From Mycobacteriales bacterium (GTDB lineage Bacteria; Actinomycetota; Actinomycetes; Mycobacteriales; QHCA01): DNA of 64,000 nucleotides. The position numbers and the translations under genes were made by a program. This document shows, in pieces, positions 30,862 to 41,711 of the stretch. Position 1 is the first letter of the stretch; the number at the start of each line of letters is the position of its first letter. The DNA is taken from the NCBI GenBank assembly GCA_038237645.1, contig JBBRYN010000005.1, forward strand, positions 2,026 to 66,025, written 5' to 3'. The notes under the pieces were generated by a model. It did not search any database and was not told the DNA's origin. It saw nothing but the letters and a program-made list of their open reading frames with translations.

Positions 30862-31730
30862 ACCGATACCAGCGGACGCAGGTCGGCGAACTTGGCCTCG
30901 CCGATGCCATTGACCTCGCGCAACTGGTCGACGGACCGAAAGCCGCCGTGTTGCGTGCGAAAGGCGATCACTCGCGCAGCGAGCACCCGGCCGACCCCCG
31001 GCAGCGCGTCGAGTTGCTCGACGGTGGCGGTGTTGAGGTTGACCGGGCCGCCGGCCTGACCGGGGGCAGTCGGGCCGGCGGCGGACCCAGCGGCTGCCCG
31101 GCCGACGACGACCTGTTCGCCGTCGACCAGTCGCCGGGCGAGGTTGAGCAGGCCGATGTCGACTCCCGGCCGCACTCCCTCGGCCGCGCGCAGTGCGTCG
31201 GCCACCCGGGCGCCAGCCGGCAGGGTGACCAATCCGGGCCGGCGGACCCCGCCTGCGACGGCAACCACGACCGTGGGGCCGGCGGAGGGCGCGGCGGGGC
31301 TTTCGATCGGCACCGGTGCGGCGGACACCACGATGGCGTGCGGACGCGCCCGCCAGACGACGAAGGCGGCCAACGCCACGGCGACGACCACGACGAACCC
31401 GATCGCCAGCACGCCCGGCCAGCCGGGATCCAGCCGGGCACCCCGCAGAGCGGCTGGAACGATGCGCTCCACCCAGCCACTGACCACGGCGGGCAGCCGC
31501 CCACTGGAGGCAGCCGGGACAGGTGCGGCAGCGGACGGGGCGGCTACGGGAGCGGAGACGGCAGGAGAAGGGGAGACAGTCGCAGCGGTGGCGGGCGAGG
31601 CGGGAGCCGGCGCTTCGGCAGCAACAGCGGCCACGGGGCCGTGCTCCCCACGACCGCCGTGCAGGCGGACCAGCCGGTCGCGGGCGGCGACGACGTCGGC
31701 CGGATCAGGTCGGCGGTAGCGGACAGGCAT
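30858..31730 (-). CDS. comEA: ComEA family DNA-binding protein
   Basis: One TM helix, a SLBB-like region (VTLPAGARVADALRAAEGV...LNLARRLVDGEQVVV) and a C-terminal helix-hairpin-helix (VNLNTATVEQLDALPGVGRVLAARVIAFRTQHGGFRSVDQLREVNGIGEAKF). Start chosen at ATG 31730; ATG 31778 is also possible. Confidence 0.88.
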   Translation of the reverse strand: MPVRYRRPDPADVVAARDRLVRLHGGRGEHGPVAAVAAEAPAPASPATAATVSPSPAVSAPVAAPSAAAPVPAASSGRLPAVVSGWVERIVPAALRGARLDPGWPGVLAIGFVVVVAVALAAFVVWRARPHAIVVSAAPVPIESPAAPSAGPTVVVAVAGGVRRPGLVTLPAGARVADALRAAEGVRPGVDIGLLNLARRLVDGEQVVVGRAAAGSAAGPTAPGQAGGPVNLNTATVEQLDALPGVGRVLAARVIAFRTQHGGFRSVDQLREVNGIGEAKFADLRPLVSV

Positions 31731-31841
31731 CCGCCCACACTGGCCTCCGTACCGCCCAATACCGGCACCGTCAGCCATTCCTGTGGACGCTGGCCGGCGT
31801 GTGCGCGCACACCGACAGACCTCGCGAAATGTGGTAATGCC

Positions 31842-31847
31842 TAAGAT
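31842..31847 (+). promoter_or_regulatory. candidate -10 box (TAAGAT) positioned for a leaderless transcript of the 31854 gene
   Basis: An AT-rich patch gaaatgtggtaatgccTAAGATgatcggGTG. The -10-like hexamer ends 6 nt before the GTG start and there is no Shine-Dalgarno sequence. Confidence 0.35.
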
Positions 31848-31853
31848 GATCGG

Positions 31854-32429
31854 GTGCCGATCGAGGTGACCGTCCAGCTGCCCCACATCGAGTTGATCCA
31901 GCCGCTGTTGTCGCTGTGCCCTGCGCTGACGGCCGGACCGGGCACCGACGAAACGAGCTACCGCGTCACCGACCTCGAGGCCATCGCCCTGGCAGAAGAC
32001 CGCTACGGCAGCACCACCACACTGACCGACGAAGCCTCGGCGCTCCTCGCCGCCCATGCGGCGGAGGAGGTGCTGTGGTTCGCCGACCTCGACCTCCCCG
32101 ACCGCTTGGCTGCCTCCTGGAACTATGCCCTCGGCGTCTGGCGGCTCGACCTCGTGCGCTACCTCAAGGCGATGGCGCGGGCCGGGCAGGCGGAGATCGT
32201 CCTGCGTTACGCACACGAGCGGGGAGACTGGCTCTACGAACTGGCCGGCTGGACCCTCGACTACCGCGACCCGGCCGCCGGTGTGGAGGAGCTCTCGGTC
32301 GTGGACTTCGACGGCGGGCCCGCACGGTGGCAGGCGGCTGCTCGGCGGGTGAACGGTGGCGCCGTGCAGGCAACGTACGAACGGTTCAGCCAGTCGGGCG
32401 ACGCGAGCTCGGGTCGCTCCGGACGATGA
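31854..32429 (+). CDS. hypothetical acidic cytoplasmic protein (orphan)
   Basis: 191-aa ORF with high GC3 in this frame and a normal amino-acid composition (MPIEVTVQLPHIELIQPLL...WFADLDLPDRLAASWNYALGVWRLDLVRYLKAMARAG...WLYELAGWTLDYRDP). The opposite-strand ORF covering it is R/G/V-rich shadow. I recognise no family. Confidence 0.6.
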   Translation: MPIEVTVQLPHIELIQPLLSLCPALTAGPGTDETSYRVTDLEAIALAEDRYGSTTTLTDEASALLAAHAAEEVLWFADLDLPDRLAASWNYALGVWRLDLVRYLKAMARAGQAEIVLRYAHERGDWLYELAGWTLDYRDPAAGVEELSVVDFDGGPARWQAAARRVNGGAVQATYERFSQSGDASSGRSGR

Positions 32430-33281
32430 CCACCCCGAGGACACCCGGGCCTACGTGGGCGCCGACGGCGGCGCCCAACTCGGACACCAGCATGCGGCGC
32501 ACACCGGGCAGCCGGGCGCGGATCCGACCGCTGAGTGCCGCCGCCTGATCGGGGGCGGCCAGATGGTGCACGGCGACATCGACCGGGCCTTCGCCGGCCG
32601 CCTCGGCGGCGAGCTCCGCCAGCCGGGTCAGCCCCCGGCTCGGGGTGCGTACCTTCTCCCGCAGGACGATGCCGCCGTCGACCAGGTGCAGGATCGGCTT
32701 GACCGACAGGGCCGTACCCAGGATCGCGGTGGTGGCACCGATGCGGCCACCACGGCGCAGGTATTCCAGCGAGTCGACGTAGAACAGCATGGATGTACGC
32801 CGGACGCAGTCCTGTGCCGACTCGTAGACCTCGTCGAGGGAGCCGCCGGCCGTCGCAGTGCCGGTTGCCGCGATGACGGCGAAGCCCAGGCCCATCGCCG
32901 TGCTGCGTGAATCGAGCACCCGCACCGGGCCGCCGGCCGCCTTGGCGGCCAGCGCCGCCGACTCCCAGGTGCCCGACAGCTTCCCGGACAGGTGGACGGA
33001 AAGCACTCCGGTGGCACCACCGGCAAAAGCCGCGGCATAGGCACCGGCGAAGTCGCCGGGGCTGGGGCGGGACGTCGTGACGCGCAACCGACGGTCGAGC
33101 AGGGTGGCGGCCACGTCGGCCGGCGTCACGTCGATGCCCTCCGCTCCCGTCCGGCCGCCCAGGAGCACCTGCAACGGCACGATCCGCAGGCCCGAGGCAG
33201 CGATCTCCTCCGCCGGGAGGTAGGCGGTCGAGTCGGTGACGACGGCGACGCCGGGAGAGGCCACGCGACCGTGCCGGGCCG

Positions 33282-33285
<4 letters not shown>
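32386..33285 (-). CDS. DegV family fatty-acid-binding protein
   Basis: [12 protein letters not shown]...IVPLQV...[11 protein letters not shown]...[18 protein letters not shown]...[13 protein letters not shown]. The start is either TTG 33285 (TTGA overlap with the leuS stop) or GTG 33264. Confidence 0.88.
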
Positions 33286-35768
<2,483 letters not shown>

Positions 35769-35826
35769 CTCGCTGGCTGCTCCTTCTACGCGGGTACGGC
35801 GGTCGCCGGAAAACAACCCTGGCAAG

Positions 35827-35852
35827 AAAAAAACCCTCGCGATCCGCAAGGG
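35827..35852 (-). terminator. canonical intrinsic terminator 59 nt upstream of the leuS ATG
   Basis: The minus-strand RNA reads CCCUUGCG-GAU-CGCGAGGG followed by UUUUUUU: an 8-bp stem with one G-U pair and a 7-U tail. On the plus-strand RNA the same position would be a C-A mismatch, so it is oriented for minus-strand transcripts. Confidence 0.7.
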
Positions 35853-35973
35853 CTGCCGCGCTGACGGGTGGCTACAGCCAGGAAGGTCAGCGCGGCCCGG
35901 CAAGGAGCGAGCGTACGACGGTGTGCATGTCGTGGATGATACCGCTTGCGGCAACCCCCCCGTGCTCGGTGAT

Positions 35974-36000
35974 CCGACACGCCGACACGCCGACACGCCG
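35974..36000. repeat. 8-nt tandem repeat CCGACACG x3.4 in the phosphatase-leuS spacer
   Basis: Read directly from the sequence: ccgacacg ccgacacg ccgacacg ccg. Confidence 0.9.
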
Positions 36001-36050
36001 TGCAGCCCAGCAACCATGCATGATCACCGCGCTGGGTGGCGACCGAGGTG

Positions 36051-36722
36051 TCAGCCGGGAGGCGGCTCGATGTCCTGGGTGGTCAGCAGGCTGTCGTCGG
36101 GCACCAGGTCGGGCCCGGTGTTGTGCGCGACGAGTTGCCAGCCGCCACCGCGCCGCACAAGCTCGGACCACCGGCAGTTGCCCAGCGGGCCGAGCGCGTG
36201 CCGCCAGCGCTCCCGCCGCACCTCGAGCAGCGAGTTGAGCACCGCCCGGGTGGTGCCGCCGTGGCTCACGACCAGCAGCGTCCCGACCTGCGGTTCGAGG
36301 ACCGCGGGCACGGCTCGGGCCGCGATCGCGTCGTAGGACTCCCGGCCGCTGGGCCCGCCGTCGCCCGCCTCGTAGGCCGCGGTTTCGATCGGATACCGCT
36401 CGCGGGCCTCGGCCCGGGTCAGCCCCTGCATGACGCCGAGATGCATCTCGCGCAGCCGCGGGTCGCGGTGCACGGTCAGGCCGGTCAACTCGGCCACCTC
36501 GGCCGCCGTGTCGGCCGCCCGGGAAGAGTCGCTGGAGACGATGGCGTCGGGCCGCATCGCCGCGAGATACGGCGCAGCGAGCAGCGCCTGCTTGCACCCG
36601 CTGTCGTCGAGCGGCACGTCGAGATGGCCCTGCCCCCGGCCGATCGCGTTCCACTCGGTGCGGCCGTGCCGCCACAGCAGGAGGCGTCGGGGCAGCGGGG
36701 GATCCTGGGGCGCTGCGGTCAC
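36051..36722 (-). CDS. histidine phosphatase family protein (position-equivalent to mycobacterial Rv2419c/GpgP)
   Basis: LLLWRHGRTEWN (the RHG catalytic motif)...VVSHGGTTRA. The GTG at 36722 overlaps the rsfS stop (GTGA). Confidence 0.82.
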   Translation of the reverse strand: MTAAPQDPPLPRRLLLWRHGRTEWNAIGRGQGHLDVPLDDSGCKQALLAAPYLAAMRPDAIVSSDSSRAADTAAEVAELTGLTVHRDPRLREMHLGVMQGLTRAEARERYPIETAAYEAGDGGPSGRESYDAIAARAVPAVLEPQVGTLLVVSHGGTTRAVLNSLLEVRRERWRHALGPLGNCRWSELVRRGGGWQLVAHNTGPDLVPDDSLLTTQDIEPPPG

Positions 36723-37099
36723 GCCCTGGGCACGCTGCCGGCCGTGTCGGCGAAGGCGATGGTCGGGCAGTCCTTCCACAGCCGTTCGAGGGCATAGAAC
36801 GCGCGCTCCTCGACGTGTTGCACGTGGACGACGATGTCGATGTAGTCCAGCAGCACCCAGCGGCCGCCGCGCTCACCCTCGCGACGGACCGGCTTGACCC
36901 CGAGCCCGCGCAGCCGCTCCTCCACCTCGTCGACCACCGACTTGACCTGCCGCTCACTGGGCGCCGAGGCGATCACGAATATGTCGGTGATGACCAGCTG
37001 CTCGCTGACGTCGAGAATGGCGATATCGGTGGCGAGCTTGTCGGCAGCGGCATGTGCAGCGGCGAGCGCCAGCGCGGTGGCGGCGTCAGATGCGGTCAC
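36719..37099 (-). CDS. rsfS: ribosome silencing factor RsfS
   Basis: AADKLATDIAILDVSEQLVITDIFVIASAPSERQVKSVVDEVEE...WVLLDYIDIVVHVQHVEERAFYALERLW. Confidence 0.94.
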   Translation of the reverse strand: MTASDAATALALAAAHAAADKLATDIAILDVSEQLVITDIFVIASAPSERQVKSVVDEVEERLRGLGVKPVRREGERGGRWVLLDYIDIVVHVQHVEERAFYALERLWKDCPTIAFADTAGSVPRA

Positions 37100-37150
37100 G
37101 TACGGCTCTCCTGTGCTGGGTCCGGTGGATGGTGGCGCCCGCCCAGCTTC

Positions 37151-39244
37151 TCACGGCCGGAAGTCACTCCCCAGGAATACGATCACGTCGGCGATGTTCT
37201 GCGCCCGCGCCGACACTTGTACGGGTGCGTCGGGCAGGCCGAGCGCGGCCGCCAGCCGGCCGGCGGCCAGCCTGGTCTTGGGCGTCGCGTCGAAGACCAC
37301 GATGGCGCTCTGCTTGCGGCCCAACGGCTTCTCGTTGCGCGCGTCGACGTACACGAAGCCGGCTGCGACGATCTTGTCGCGGACCTGGCGGCCGAGCCCC
37401 GGTGCGCCCACCTGGTCGAGGATGAGGACCCGGTCGCCCCGGTCGAAGCGACCGGGCAGCCGTGAATTGGCGAGGATCTGGTTGACCATCCGGTTGACCC
37501 CGCCGGCCTCGATCCGGTAGCCGGCCTGACCGGTGCCATCGACCGCGAGCACGGGCATGACCTGGTAGGTCGTCCGGCCGACGGCCGAATCTGCGCGGAC
37601 ACCATCGAGCACGCCGGTCACCTGACTCTGGGTGCTGATCTCCGAACCCTTGCCGAGCTTGCCGGCCAGCAGGCTGAGCGCATCGCTACCCGAGGGCAGC
37701 TTTGCCAGCACCCCGGTCAGTACCCGCCGGAATCGAGGCAGGGAGGTCAACTCGTCCTCGCCGGGAGCACGGTAGGAGATCATCGCCAGCGCACGGGTGC
37801 CGTTGAGCTGCTGAGCCGGGCCCCTGGGCACCAGCACGCCGGAACCTTTGCCGTTGCCGGTGATGTCGACATCTACGTCCACGGTGATCCCGCCGAGGCT
37901 GTCGACCAGGCGAGCGAAAGCCCGCTGGTCGAATACCCACGAGGTGTCTACGCGGACGCCCAGCAGGTCGGCCAGCGTGCTGCGGGACAGTGCGGGGCCG
38001 TCGGGGTGTCCGACCACCGTTCCGAAGGCCTGGACGCCGCGGCCCGGCACCTGGGCCACGACCTGGTTGGGCACCAGCACCACCGAGGCCTGTTTCCGCG
38101 TGGAGTCATCGGCCATCAGCGCGCTCGCGGTGGCGCCGCCGTCTTTGCCTCGTATCTGCAGCAGCATGGTCTGCTGGGTGCGCACGCCCGCCCCCGATGC
38201 CGTACGGACGGCGTCCCGGCCGTTGCGATCGTGACCGGTCAGGTAGAGGACGCCCCCCACCAGGCTCACCAGTAGCACGGCTGTGACCAGCACGCTGAGC
38301 ACCTGCTGCCGGCGCCGCTTGCGCCGGGTCCGGGTGAGGGAGCGGCGGACGTCCTTCAACTCCAGCCGCGTGGTCGTCCGGGTGGAAGTACGCGCCCGCG
38401 ACGAGCGCGGCGACGCCGAGTGCACTCGGGCGGCTGCCCGGGCGGCATAGGAGGACGTGCGCCGTGCCGTCGTCTCGGGTGGACCAGGTGGTTCCGTGCG
38501 CCGTGCCGGGGGCGATTGCCGGACCGGCGGCGGGAGGGACGCGGGGGGCTGCTCGGCGGCCGGGCGTGAGGATGGCGGCATCGAGGCAGGCGGCGAGAGG
38601 GACGGCGTGGATCGCCGCGACGACTGGGCGACCGGCGGGGGCGGGACGGATCTGGCTCGGGTGGGCGGAGGAGCTGATGCGGGCAGCGACGCGGACCGGG
38701 AGGGCGGCGGCACGTTGGCTGGGGGTGCCGTCGCGCGCAGGGGTGCCGTCGCGCGCAGGGGTGCCGTCGCGCGCAGGGGTGCCATCACGTGAGGCGGCGA
38801 TGCGGTGGGCGGGGGCGCTGCCCACCGGGGGGTCGCCGCTCGGGGCGGCACAGCGAGCGGTTGGAACGACGCAAGGAAGGCCGGCGGAGGCGGGGGCGGC
38901 GGCATGACGGGCATGGAGGACGCCCGGTGTGCCGCCGGTGTCGCCGGGCGGCGTGACGGCGGTGGCGTATCGAGCGCTGGCGTATCGAGCGCTGGCGCCG
39001 ACCGGAGCGGCGGCGGCGGCCTTTTCCCCGCCCGGGATGCCGCCGGTGGCGTCACCACTAGGTCGGTCGCCTGGGAAGGAGCCGGCGTTGCGGCAGGCGG
39101 GACGGTCGAATCGACGTCCGGCGCGGCCGGCGGGGAACTCGATGGAGCAGATGTCCAGCGGCCCGAGCGGCGGCGCCCGCCCCCCGGCCGGCGACCCGGG
39201 CCGAACAGCGGAGGCGGCGCTGCGGTGCCTGACGGCTCGCTCAC
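37151..39244 (-). CDS. LCP-like / LytR_C domain membrane protein with a ~330-aa Pro/Ala-rich N-terminal region
   Basis: The GTG at 39244 overlaps the nadD stop (GTGA). A long P/A/S/R-rich segment, one TM helix ([21 protein letters not shown]), a degenerate LCP-like domain, and a C-terminal LytR_C-like segment ([34 protein letters not shown]...VIVFLGSDF). Confidence 0.72.
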   Translation of the reverse strand: MSEPSGTAAPPPLFGPGRRPGGGRRRSGRWTSAPSSSPPAAPDVDSTVPPAATPAPSQATDLVVTPPAASRAGKRPPPPLRSAPALDTPALDTPPPSRRPATPAAHRASSMPVMPPPPPPPAFLASFQPLAVPPRAATPRWAAPPPTASPPHVMAPLRATAPLRATAPLRATAPPANVPPPSRSASLPASAPPPTRARSVPPPPVAQSSRRSTPSLSPPASMPPSSRPAAEQPPASLPPPVRQSPPARRTEPPGPPETTARRTSSYAARAAARVHSASPRSSRARTSTRTTTRLELKDVRRSLTRTRRKRRRQQVLSVLVTAVLLVSLVGGVLYLTGHDRNGRDAVRTASGAGVRTQQTMLLQIRGKDGGATASALMADDSTRKQASVVLVPNQVVAQVPGRGVQAFGTVVGHPDGPALSRSTLADLLGVRVDTSWVFDQRAFARLVDSLGGITVDVDVDITGNGKGSGVLVPRGPAQQLNGTRALAMISYRAPGEDELTSLPRFRRVLTGVLAKLPSGSDALSLLAGKLGKGSEISTQSQVTGVLDGVRADSAVGRTTYQVMPVLAVDGTGQAGYRIEAGGVNRMVNQILANSRLPGRFDRGDRVLILDQVGAPGLGRQVRDKIVAAGFVYVDARNEKPLGRKQSAIVVFDATPKTRLAAGRLAAALGLPDAPVQVSARAQNIADVIVFLGSDFRP
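38723..38784 (-). repeat. 18-nt perfect tandem repeat x3.4 inside the LCP-like gene (encodes APLRAT x3)
   Basis: GGGTGCCGTCGCGCGCAG occurs at 38723, 38741 and 38759, followed by a partial fourth copy. Confidence 0.95.
38964..38997 (-). repeat. 15-nt perfect tandem repeat x2.3 inside the LCP-like gene (encodes ALDTP x2)
   Basis: GGCGTATCGAGCGCT occurs at 38964 and 38979, followed by GGCG. Confidence 0.95.
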
Positions 39245-39843
39245 CGTGCCCTCGCCGAACGGTAGAGATGGTTCTTCTCGATGTACTGCACCACACCGTC
39301 GGGAGTCAGGTACCAGACCGGCCGGCCGGCCCGGACCCGCTCCCGGCACGCGCTTGACGAGATGGTCATTGCCGGTATCTCCACCAGCGTCACCACCCCT
39401 TCGGGAAGGTGGGCAGCGGCCAGATCGTAGCCTGGTCGGGTCACTCCGACGAAATGCGCCAGGTCGAAAAGATCGTCGGCTCGTCGCCAGGACAGGATCT
39501 GCCCGAGGGCATCGGCCCCGGTGATGAAGAAAATCTCGACTTCAGGGCCATGTTCGGTGCGCAGGTCACGCAACGTGTCGATCGTGTAGGTGGGCCCCGA
39601 ACGGTCCATGTCGACCCGGCTGACGGAGAACTGCGGGTTGGACGCTGTCGCGATGACAGTCATCAGGTAGCGGTGTTCGGCGGTGCTTACCGGCTCGCCC
39701 CCCTTCTGCCACGGTCGACCCGTAGGCACGAACACGACGCGGTCGAGCGAAAAGAGCGCGGCCACCTCGCTCGCGGCTACCAGGTGCCCATGATGGACGG
39801 GGTCGAAGGTCCCGCCCATGACCCCAAGTCGCTGTGCCTGCAT
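39241..39843 (-). CDS. nadD: nicotinate-nucleotide adenylyltransferase
   Basis: [21 protein letters not shown]...[11 protein letters not shown]...GPTYTIDTL...[13 protein letters not shown] 39843. Confidence 0.94.
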   Translation of the reverse strand: MQAQRLGVMGGTFDPVHHGHLVAASEVAALFSLDRVVFVPTGRPWQKGGEPVSTAEHRYLMTVIATASNPQFSVSRVDMDRSGPTYTIDTLRDLRTEHGPEVEIFFITGADALGQILSWRRADDLFDLAHFVGVTRPGYDLAAAHLPEGVVTLVEIPAMTISSSACRERVRAGRPVWYLTPDGVVQYIEKNHLYRSARAR

Positions 39844-39930
39844 GCTCACGTGAGCCACCCTAGCCAGGCGGCGGATGCGACCGAAATGGTGCACTTTGAC
39901 CGCACCGCCCGCGCTGAACGAGTCGTGCGG

Positions 39931-40632
39931 TCAACCTGTCCGACGGGCGCGCAGGAGGAGGGACACTCCCTTGCGTCCGCCGACCGGTAGCAGCCGCTCG
40001 GCTCGGATGATCGTCGTCAACCCGGCGTTGACGACAGGGTGCAGCGCCGTCAGGTCACTCTCGGTCGAGCCGCGTCGACGCAGCCGAACGACCGGCCGCA
40101 ACAGGACATTCCAGCTCCGGACGTCCTCCACCGTCAGACCCGCGCCCTCGATGAGGGCCTGCAGACCCCCGCGGTCGTAGCGCCGGACATGGCCGACGGC
40201 CTCGTCGTGGGCCGACCACAGGTCCATGTCGCAGGGCACGGCGACAAGCAGGGTGCCCCCGGGCCGCAACACCCGATGGATCTCGGCGGCGGCGGTCGCG
40301 TCGTCGGCGATGTGTTCGAGCACGTCGAACGCCACCACGAGGTCGACCTCACCGGACCGCAGCGGCAGCGCGATGCCGTCCGCCCGGATGGCACGGAGGC
40401 CGCGCCGGGCGGCGGTGAGTGCGCCCTCCTCGCCGTACTCCACGACCAGCTCACGCCAGCCGTGCTCGCGCAGGACGCGGGAATTGCCCCCGCCGGCGGC
40501 ACCGATGTCGACGGCCCAGCCAGGCGGGCCGGGCAGCCTGGCCAGCTCACGGGCGAGCAGCCAGCGCCGCTCGCGATACCACCAATGGCGGTCTTCCAGT
40601 GTCGCCAGCTTGGTAACCTCGGTTGCATCCAC
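39931..40632 (-). CDS. class I SAM-dependent methyltransferase
   Basis: [14 protein letters not shown] (motif I)...DLVVAFDVLEHI...LRPGGTLLVAVP. Start chosen at GTG 40632; using ATG 40674 would overlap the divergent GT2 start. Confidence 0.8.
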   Translation of the reverse strand: MDATEVTKLATLEDRHWWYRERRWLLARELARLPGPPGWAVDIGAAGGGNSRVLREHGWRELVVEYGEEGALTAARRGLRAIRADGIALPLRSGEVDLVVAFDVLEHIADDATAAAEIHRVLRPGGTLLVAVPCDMDLWSAHDEAVGHVRRYDRGGLQALIEGAGLTVEDVRSWNVLLRPVVRLRRRGSTESDLTALHPVVNAGLTTIIRAERLLPVGGRKGVSLLLRARRTG

Positions 40633-40672
40633 GTCTGGAGAGTCTGCCCTACCCCGAGGTTGAGGACCGATC

Positions 40673-41629
40673 ATGCTGAGCGTCGTCGTGCCGATGTACG
40701 ACGAGGAAGCCGTCCTCCCGCACACGCTGCCTCGGATGCGCGCCGCCCTCGACGCGTTGGGCTGCAGCTACGAGCTCGTCTGCGTCGACGACGGAAGCTC
40801 GGACGGCACGGCCACATTGCTGCGCGCCGCCCGCGCCGGCTGGCCGCAGTTGCGCCTGGTCCGGCTGCGGGTCAATGCCGGCCACCAGGCCGCACTGACC
40901 GCCGGCCTCGACGCCGCGATCGGCGACCATGTGGTCACCATCGACGCCGACCTGCAGGACCCGCCCGAGCTGATCGGGGCGATGCTGGCGCGGGCCGTCG
41001 AGGAGGGCGTCGACGTCGTCTATGCCGTACGCGCGGACCGCTCGGCCGACAGCACGTTCAAGCGCGTCACTGCCGACCTGTATTACCGCCTGGCCCGCCG
41101 GGTCGCCGGGTCGCAGACGCCGGCGCACGCGGGAGACTTCCGGCTGATGAGCCGGGCCGCGGTCGACGCGCTGCGGAGCCTGCCCGAGCGCCATCGGGTC
41201 TATCGCCTCCTCATCCCCTGGCTCGGCTTCCCCAGCGCAACCGTGACCTACGCCCGCTCGGCGCGCGCGGCCGGCACCACCAAGTACCCCCTGTCGAAGA
41301 TGGTGCGCCTCGCGGCAGACAGCATCACCTCGTTCACCGCCGCGCCGTTGCGGCTCGCCACCTGGCTGGGAGCAGGCGGATTCGTGCTCTGCCTGCTTAT
41401 TGGCAGCGCCTCGGTGATCGCCTACTTCGCCGGTGCGACCGTGCCGGGCTGGGCATCCCTGACGGTCGCAGTGATGTTCATCGGGGCGGTCCAGTTGCTC
41501 TGCCTGGGATTGCTCGGTGAATACGTCGCCAGGCTGTTCGCCGAGATGCAGCGCCGGCCGCTGTACTTCGTCGCCGAGGACACCGCCTCCCCTGCCCGCT
41601 CGGCACTGCGGGACCTGCCGACGGCCTAG
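40673..41629 (+). CDS. family 2 glycosyltransferase (polyprenyl-phosphate sugar transferase type, two C-terminal TM helices)
   Basis: LSVVVPMYDEE...LVCVDDGSSDGT...VVTIDADLQDPPE, plus C-terminal helices as in GtrB/ArnC/Ppm-like enzymes. GAGGA lies 7 nt upstream of the ATG. Confidence 0.85.
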   Translation: MLSVVVPMYDEEAVLPHTLPRMRAALDALGCSYELVCVDDGSSDGTATLLRAARAGWPQLRLVRLRVNAGHQAALTAGLDAAIGDHVVTIDADLQDPPELIGAMLARAVEEGVDVVYAVRADRSADSTFKRVTADLYYRLARRVAGSQTPAHAGDFRLMSRAAVDALRSLPERHRVYRLLIPWLGFPSATVTYARSARAAGTTKYPLSKMVRLAADSITSFTAAPLRLATWLGAGGFVLCLLIGSASVIAYFAGATVPGWASLTVAVMFIGAVQLLCLGLLGEYVARLFAEMQRRPLYFVAEDTASPARSALRDLPTA

Positions 41630-41711
41630 TCGAGCGAGCATCGAGCGCAGCGAGGAGCGCAGCGAGATAACGGCCTAGTGACCCTTGGTCGCTATGGCGT
41701 CACTCAGTCGG

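Noticed and set aside
31731-32444. N-terminal 238 codons of the 528-aa ORF ending in comEA
   Set aside because: ComEA-like sequence begins only at ATG 31730. The upstream part is antisense to the better-supported plus-strand gene 31854..32429 and has a shadow-ORF composition.
35887-36020. Possible 44-codon small ORF ([44 protein letters not shown]) in the leuS upstream spacer
   Set aside because: It has no Shine-Dalgarno sequence, mediocre GC3 compared with real genes here, and part of it is simply the CCGACACG repeat read in frame. It is kept only as a remote alternative under the leuS-spacer finding.
35769-36050. T-box riboswitch upstream of leuS
   Set aside because: I could not find the conserved T-box sequence (…GGUGNUACCGCG…-like) or a specifier-loop architecture on the minus strand. 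The terminator is there, but the rest does not fit the T-box layout.
39244-39349. Extra N-terminal 35 codons of the LCP-like ORF extending into nadD
   Set aside because: GTG 39244 gives the same GTGA overlap architecture used repeatedly in this region. The extension would overlap the conserved C-terminus of NadD by more than 100 nt.
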